Source of the DNA: Epithemia pelagica
Lineage: Eukaryota; Protista; Bacillariophyta
Reading direction: 5' to 3'
Length of the DNA: 64,000 nt
Assembly: GCA_946965045.2 (NCBI GenBank)
Contig: OX337235.1
Coordinates: forward strand, 1,612,001 to 1,676,000
Shown: piece after piece, positions 57,166-64,000 of the stretch
How the letters are laid out: every line of letters starts with the position of its first letter
How positions within the stretch are numbered: the stretch's first letter is position 1
The notes under the pieces: model-generated
Seen by the model: only the letters and a program-made list of their open reading frames with translations
What the model was told of the DNA's origin: nothing
Databases searched by the model: none
Translations under genes and position numbers: made by a program

Positions 57166-60100
57166 GTGAAGATGAAGATAACACGAGGTCTCCTTTTCGT
57201 ACTCACGCTGCTTGGGGGACTGACATGTAGATGTTATGGAAACGGAAGATCGTTCGTGCCCGTTTCCAAAGTCTGCCTCGCATCCTTGGGTTTGGTGTTG
57301 GTATCGGCTGGAACAGCAGCAGAAGACAACAGCGAGGGAACGGCTAAGCCTTGGTGGCAATCTGTGTTCGGAGCTTCTGTGTCTTCTAAGAACACTGGAA
57401 AAGATGCCTCAACGGAGGGAGTTGTCGTGGAAAATTCGGAATTAAAGTCTCCTCTGCTCAATCGAGAACTGGTGGCATCCGTCAAAGCCCATTCATGGCC
57501 AACTTTGCCCTCCAACGCCCTCTGTGAAGCCATGGCGTTCTTTCAGCAAGAAGACCATGTAATGCAAACAGCAAACACGGATTCGAATGAGGCCAGCAGC
57601 AATGGTGGAGCCCTTGTGATGAAGTTTTTGGATCTTTTGAGCAATGAAGTTTTGGAAGCTTCGACCAGTAGCAGCGACAAAGATATGTCTCTTCCACTGT
57701 CGGATTGGGAAAATGCGATGAACCTGGTAATCAAGGTTACATCCGCTTCGGAGAAAGATTCACTAAAGCCACTGGTAGATCTGTTGCAATGGTCTTTGCA
57801 ATTGCGTGCAAATACGCCCTTGTGTGAAGTTCATCGTGGACTTGCTCGACAAACCTTGCAACAAACCAATCGACTTGCCACTTTTGGAAATGAAAATGAG
57901 GGCGTGTTGGGTGTTCTTTTATCCAGGAATCGTCCGGCATCCTTGCTTACCAGCATGGACCAATTCGCTCGTGTGGATTGGAAAAGTCTGGCTCCAGCGA
58001 ATGCTTCCGAAACGGCGGGTCAAGATGGATTGGAAGAGGAATTGAGCATGGAGAGTCATTTGCTTCCTCAGGAACTGCCCTTGCCAGGAACTGGTAGTCC
58101 AGCCACATGCGCTTCCTTGTTGATTTTGTACGCCAACATGGACTCGCCAGAGTTTGCTCAGACATATCGGTACTTGAGAACTACCGTAACTGATATCAAC
58201 ATACCCATCATTGTAAGATCACTGGGTGCAATTCACTTTGAGGAAAATCCCTTGTCTGCCGAGCCGACTACTCTGGCTGGCTACGGTGTTCGTCTCGACA
58301 TTCGAAATGTTGAGTACAAAGTTTTTGATGAACGCAAGACCACAACAACGAAAGAAGAACAAGACGAGGTCATGGTCAATTTAACAGAGTCAAAAAACCT
58401 CATGTCGTCTTCGTACTTGGCTGGGGTCAATCTGACCATGATTGTAGGTGATGAACCCTCCGAGGAGACGTTGAAATTGAGAGATGAATTGTGGAACAAA
58501 CATGAAGCACAACAAGTACGTGCACAAAAGATTCCTCCGCTATGGCAACGGAGGCAATTGCCCCTCCAAGCAGCAACTGTACTGGTACAGCAACAAGTTC
58601 AATCAAGTGGTGACGGTGATATCCTTTCAACACTGACACACCTGGCACAGGACCTTCCGAGTGTGGCTTCCACACTGGTTCAAGTAAAGATTCCACCGCA
58701 TGTCCATGAATGGGCTTCGGCAATTTGGGATCAGCAACAGGGCGACGGATACCAATTGACGCCGGGTCAGTTTTACGTGAATGGTCGCCCTTCCTCCGTC
58801 AATCGACCATCGTTCAATATATTTGAGGTCTTAAACGTGGTTCGGATGGAAGATCGACGAGTCCGTAATTTAGAAACGACTCTCTCATCCTTTGTAGCAT
58901 GTATGACGTCCCCTGTGGAGGCACTGTTAAGAATTCAAGAAGCTTGGATGGCAGGAAGTAACTTTGGTAACCTGGAAAGCAATGAAGATGAAACAACACA
59001 AAGAAATGAAATTGCCGATTCGTCTAAGTCCTCCAAGGTTTACCGCGTCGATGTTGCTCGAGGTTGGCAGAAATCTGTCATGTATGTCAATGACGTAGAA
59101 AAGGATCCTCAATACCGACAGTGGACTCGGAGCTTTCAGCAAATGATCATGAGCCTTCAATTTGGAATGCCTCCTTCTATTCGAAGAAATCTGTATACAA
59201 TGATGGTCGTCATGAATCCCACAACTCAAGGACAATCTGGAGTTGACAATGCCGGATTTGATTTTGCGCTGAAGTTAGTGCAGAATCAGTACCCAGTTCG
59301 GCTTGGTCTCATCCTTGTCGATGAAGATGACCTGGAGAAATGCCAGACATGGCTCCTGGATAACAGCGGAGAAGAAAACAAGGATGAACCCTGCCCCGTC
59401 GAAAACAAAATAATCAGTGATGGCGATGATTGGGACAAGACTCCCGGCACCGCTCGGGCTGTTCATCGCCTTGTTGCGTGGACTTTGAAAGAATATGGTT
59501 CACTAGGAGCGTCACTTGGATTTGTCGAATACTACTTTAACTATATTGGGGAGAAGATACGCGACGAGGGGCCTGTTTCGATGCAAGATTTGGTCACCAT
59601 CTACGGCACTCTGGTGGAAATGATGGGCGTTGGAATTGCTGCAGCTATCGAAAAAGATGCCAAAACGGTCCTTCGTGACAATGAATCCAACGAGTCTGAA
59701 AATGTTTATGGAAAGGCACTGCGTTTTGCTGCGGAACGGGGTCTTGCACCTGGTATGTCCTTCTTGAATGGACGCCCTTTGTCTCAAACTCAAGATGGCG
59801 TTCACAGCATCTTTTCGGACGAACAGAGCCACTTGATGAACATGATTATGACAGGGCAAATCACAGACAGCAGCCCCAGGTCCATCTACGGAAAGCTCAT
59901 GTCGGGACCATCGCTATTCAAACGAATGCATCCCCTCTTGCTTTCTGATCAAAGTACCAGTGATTCCTACCAAGCGATTCAACACCCGTTCGACGAAATG
60001 TCGCTTCTGCTAACTGGGCAGGAATCAAGCAATCCGGTAGCGTATTTCGTCGTGGACGTTGTTTTGGACTATGATACACAGGAAGGACTCGCACAACTAA

Positions 60101-62692
60101 GCAATCTCCTTGAGTCGATAGAACAGTTTCCGACGTCGTCGCAAAGTAGTGACGAAGAAGATGGAGCGTCTCAGTCATTCATTGTTGGGTACAGAGTGCT
60201 TCCTTCCTCTGTGACATCAGCAACAAGTGCTCTTTGTCCAGTCCTGGGGAATGCCGGTCTCTTTGGGCTTTCAAATTTGAAAAGTATTGTACGAGCCATG
60301 ATGGGATCTGTGGAAGGAGAGAAGACACTGGAAGAGCTGCTTGTCAATGTTGAGAGCAAAAATGCTAAGGTCGTCATGGACACAAGGGATATTTGCCAAT
60401 CTGGTTTCCCCTTCCAGCCAACAGAATCACTGACACCACGGGCGATATGCAATGGTCGTTTGTATAAAATGGGCAATAGCCTCATCACCTCAGACGACAT
60501 TGATCTTTTTGTCTCTCTCGAAATAAATACTGCTACAGCGGTTTATTATGCATTGAAAGAGTATATCCCCGAAGGCGTCGCTCACCGAAAGATTGCCGCA
60601 TCGATTTCTAGTGTCGCCCAATTTCTGTCCGTAGAGCAGACCAAATCAACAACTCGGGAAGATGTCATGCTACCAGTGCGCAAACTCGAGAAGCAGCTAA
60701 ATTTGGAACAAGACACCTTGATGCGCTTTCACTGGAACCAACCCTCGGCAGATGATAGTCGGTTGAAACCTCGCGTTACAGCAGTGATTGATCCTGTCCA
60801 TATATCAACGCAACGCATGGCTCCTTTATTAATGATCTTTCGGGACCATTTGAAAATCCCCGTTTCGATTGTACTGGCTCCTGCAACGAGTATCGGTGGC
60901 GACAGCGATGTTCCGATCACCAGTTACTACCGCTTCGTGACAGCTGCTGACGCAGATTTGAATGCTTTTGCTCATTTCTCTTCGCTGCCATCCAACCATG
61001 TTCTGACAGTTCGAATCGATGTACCCGAGCCATGGGATGTTCAACAAACTAAATCCATTCAAGATTCCGACAATCTCCGTTGCGATTTGCAGACCGGCTG
61101 TGGTGATGATGCGCATATTCGGGAAACATCGTGGACTCCTGCCTCCATTAAATCCAGCCGCCAACTCACTGAGATTGAGTATGGGCTTAACCACCTCCTC
61201 GCCTTTGGCCAATGTTATGAGGCGTCAGGACCTCCAAATGGACTCCAGTTGGTTCTTTCGAAACACTCCCATTCCGGACTTGGCTCAAACCGTGTCTCAG
61301 AGGCAGAGGTGTCGATGGATGGCCTAACCACCACAGAAGATCTTCTTTCAAACGACAAGATGTCTAGATACTCCGATACGTTGGTAATGAAAAATATTGG
61401 GTACTGGCAGCTTCGTGCAAATCCAGGAGTGTGGTCGGTGGAGATCGACCAAGACAGTAAAGGAGCTGAAATGTTCGACTTCTCGGACGCTACAATGTCC
61501 CGGGGAAGATTAATTGAGACGGGTAAATCACTGTCACAGAAACGAAAAGTTGTACTGAAGGACTTCGTGAGTAAAGGTGAGATTTTATTCGTGAAGAGAC
61601 GACCAGGATACGAGAAGTCAAGCTTGTTCTTTGGTGAATCATCTGCCACATCGGCAGTTACCAAGGGTGATTCAGACGATGAAGTAATACACGTGTTTTC
61701 GCTTGCAACTGGTCACTTGTATGAGCGTTTCCTGAAGATCATGATGCTTTCTGTAACAAGACGGACATCTGCAAAGGTTAAGTTCTGGTTGTTTGAAAAC
61801 TTTCTATCACCCACGTTCAAGGAGACTTCGAGAGCCATGGCCGATAGGATCGGTTGCGAAGTTGAGTTCGTGACGTACAAGTGGCCAGAATGGTTAAGAG
61901 GGCAAATCGAAAAGCAACGGATCATCTGGGGATATAAAATCCTGTTTCTCGATGTACTGTTCCCTTTGAGTGTAAAGAAGATTATATACGTAGATGCTGA
62001 CCAAGTCGTACGAGCTGACCTGAAGGAACTATGGGATATGGATCTGCAAGGTACGTCGTATTGAGTGGTAATGGTAATGTGGAGGGAATTTGGAAAAGCG
62101 AATCTCAACTTTTGCTTACAGGTGCACCTTATGGCTACACGCCATTCTGTTCGTCGCGCGAGACGACAATAGGTTACCAGTTCTGGAGAGAAGGTTTCTG
62201 GAAAACTCATCTGAGAGGAAAGCCATACGTAAGTTTGATCGAAGGAGGAGCGCATTGTTCTGGGTAAAGAAATACAAGTGATGCTCACGGCTACACTTCC
62301 TTTTGTAGCATATTTCCGCTCTGTATGTTGTTGACCTTGTAAGGTTCAGAGAGGAGCTGGTTGGAGATCAACTAAGGTCGACTTACCAACAGCTCTCCGC
62401 TGACCCCAATAGCTTGGCCAACTTGGACCAAGACTTACCGAACTACGCACAACATCAAGTCAGAATTTTCAGCTTGCCGCAGGAATGGCTTTGGTGCGAA
62501 TCATGGTGCTCTGATGAGACGAAGGCTACTGCCAAGACCATCGACCTTTGCAACAATCCATTACACAAAGAGCCGAAAGTTTCGATGGCGAAGCGAATCA
62601 TTGACGGCCCCTTGTTCAATGAAAGTTGGGTAGAGCTTGATGCTGAAGTGGAGATGTACGAGAAGGAGTACTTGAACGCTCTTGGGGCATAG
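57166..62692 (+). CDS. UGGT: UDP-glucose:glycoprotein glucosyltransferase; introns 62051-62121 and 62229-62308
   Basis: [113 protein letters not shown]. Confidence 0.96.
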
Positions 62693-62924
62693 AATGGCCA
62701 ATTGGAACATAACCGATCCCTATATTTTCTGAACTACCAAAAATCTTCTTGCCAAATTTTTGAGAAGGGTAGATTGCGATATCATTAGACCGTCTCCTGT
62801 ATCTTCGAAACAAGACAGCCTCTTTTTCCTCACTAAGAAGTATAAGGCCAATTTCTCCTTTCAGAGATACGGGGATCCGATGGATGATCCATCCGATTCC
62901 GACATAGCATACCCGTAATTGGAA

Positions 62925-63596
62925 CTACTCTTGCCCTTCTTCAGACGTTTTGGCCTCTTTTGCAGCCTTTCTCGCTTTTCTTCTCTCTTCTGCCAACTTC
63001 TTTTTCTCCTCCTTTGTCAATTTCTTTTCAAAAAGGCCTTGAACTTCTGTAGCGGACGCCTCTGCTTCGGGCGTAGCTGCGTTGTCCTTTCTTGGTTTAG
63101 TTGCTGGAGGTGCCTCCCCAACGGCAATGGAGTCCGGAATCTGGACAGCGATACCAGCTGCACCTCCAGACCACCCAAGCATACGAGAATCACAAAGCAT
63201 GCCTTCGGAAACTACACCGCCCACAGTTGTCTTTTTTATTTCCATTTCCTCGCCCTCTTCGTCCAGGACTTTTGAACCAATCGGTGCGACAGCGACCCTG
63301 TCCACATTCCACACAATGGTGATGCGAATGCTGTTCAGTTTACAATCGCTGAAAGTGCTCGCAGCGATTTACGGATTGAAGCACACTCACCTGGATCCTT
63401 CCCGTACATTGGATGCCGACGTGACGACTACAATGGGATTGTCTTCATCTCCGATGTTGATTTGACAAGCCCTCAAGCCCTTGGATTTTCCACCACTTGC
63501 ACAATCTTCTACATTGAGAACAATGCCAACTTTGTAGAGCGACAACAAGTGTTCAGGCATCCCGTATTCTCTCTGACAATGGGTGGGATCGGTCAC
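62925..63596 (-). CDS. tRNA-binding OB-fold (PheT/EMAP-like) domain protein; intron 63390-63298; start uncertain
   Basis: KVGIVLNVE...CQINIGD...VVTSASNVREGSR/VAVAPIGS...IKKTTVGGVVSEGMLCDSRMLGW. Confidence 0.82.
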
Positions 63597-63789
63597 CCTT
63601 CTATTTACGATCTACGTAAGAAACATTTGGGCACAAAAAAGTGGTGATGGAAACCAAGTCGCGGATAATTTGAATGACAAATCAAACGTGGGCGATGAGG
63701 TGGCATTTCCCAAATTCAAAACATCAATTTACGGAACGCCACACATAGAATGAGAGCAATGGTCATACAAAGGCGGCGTTGTTCTTCTG

Positions 63790-64000
63790 ATGATGTTTGA
63801 TGATATTCTTTTTGTATGTCTGTTTGTCTTGGGCTTTGTGAATGGGGCTAAGGCTTTTGGGGTGAGGAACTTGCCAGAGGTTGATGTACACGTTCACATC
63901 AGATCCGGCAGAGCCTGGTCAAGGGTCCGAACAGGATCGTTCGTACTTTCATCACTTAGCGACGACTCTCCTAACGAAGAATCTTGGCAATCAGGGGGCC
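63790..64000 (+). CDS. 5' part of a probable plastid-targeted protein (runs off the right edge)
   Basis: MMFDDILFVCLFVLGFVNGAKA-FGV signal peptide plus Ser/Arg-rich transit-like region; frame open to the edge. Confidence 0.5.
   Translation, partial: MMFDDILFVCLFVLGFVNGAKAFGVRNLPEVDVHVHIRSGRAWSRVRTGSFVLSSLSDDSPNEESWQSGG

Noticed and set aside
1-64000. tRNA, rRNA or snRNA genes
   Set aside because: No cloverleaf/T-loop or rRNA signature recognised; a covariance-model scan would be needed to exclude them.

Overview
Eukaryotic nuclear DNA, most likely a (pennate) diatom. Evidence: short GT-AG introns, several signal peptide + Phe (ASAFAP-type) plastid-targeting N-termini, CoDi-type Ty1/copia elements and an HSF gene. 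Compact housekeeping genes are present: a Chorein_N lipid-transfer protein, CDF metal transporter, RPL12, mL53-like, SR splicing factor, GTP cyclohydrolase I, UGGT and a tRNA-binding OB protein. These are interleaved with an unusually rich set of mobile DNA: (i) a Crypton-like tyrosine recombinase/GCR1_C ORF followed by a 42-bp array and a ~196-bp hairpin; (ii) a three-LTR chimeric copia element with a 5-bp TSD and a putative tRNA-Asn half-molecule primer site, nested in a long-TIR DNA element; (iii) an intact piggyBac-like transposon flanked by CTAG rather than TTAA, with a MITE derivative and a solo end; (iv) two further MITEs; and (v) a Crinkler-like nuclease-kinase gene. Two adjacent genes (JmjC, racemase-like) each carry a single disabling lesion. 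No rRNA, tRNA or CRISPR array was recognised. All family assignments are by-eye motif recognition, not database searches.
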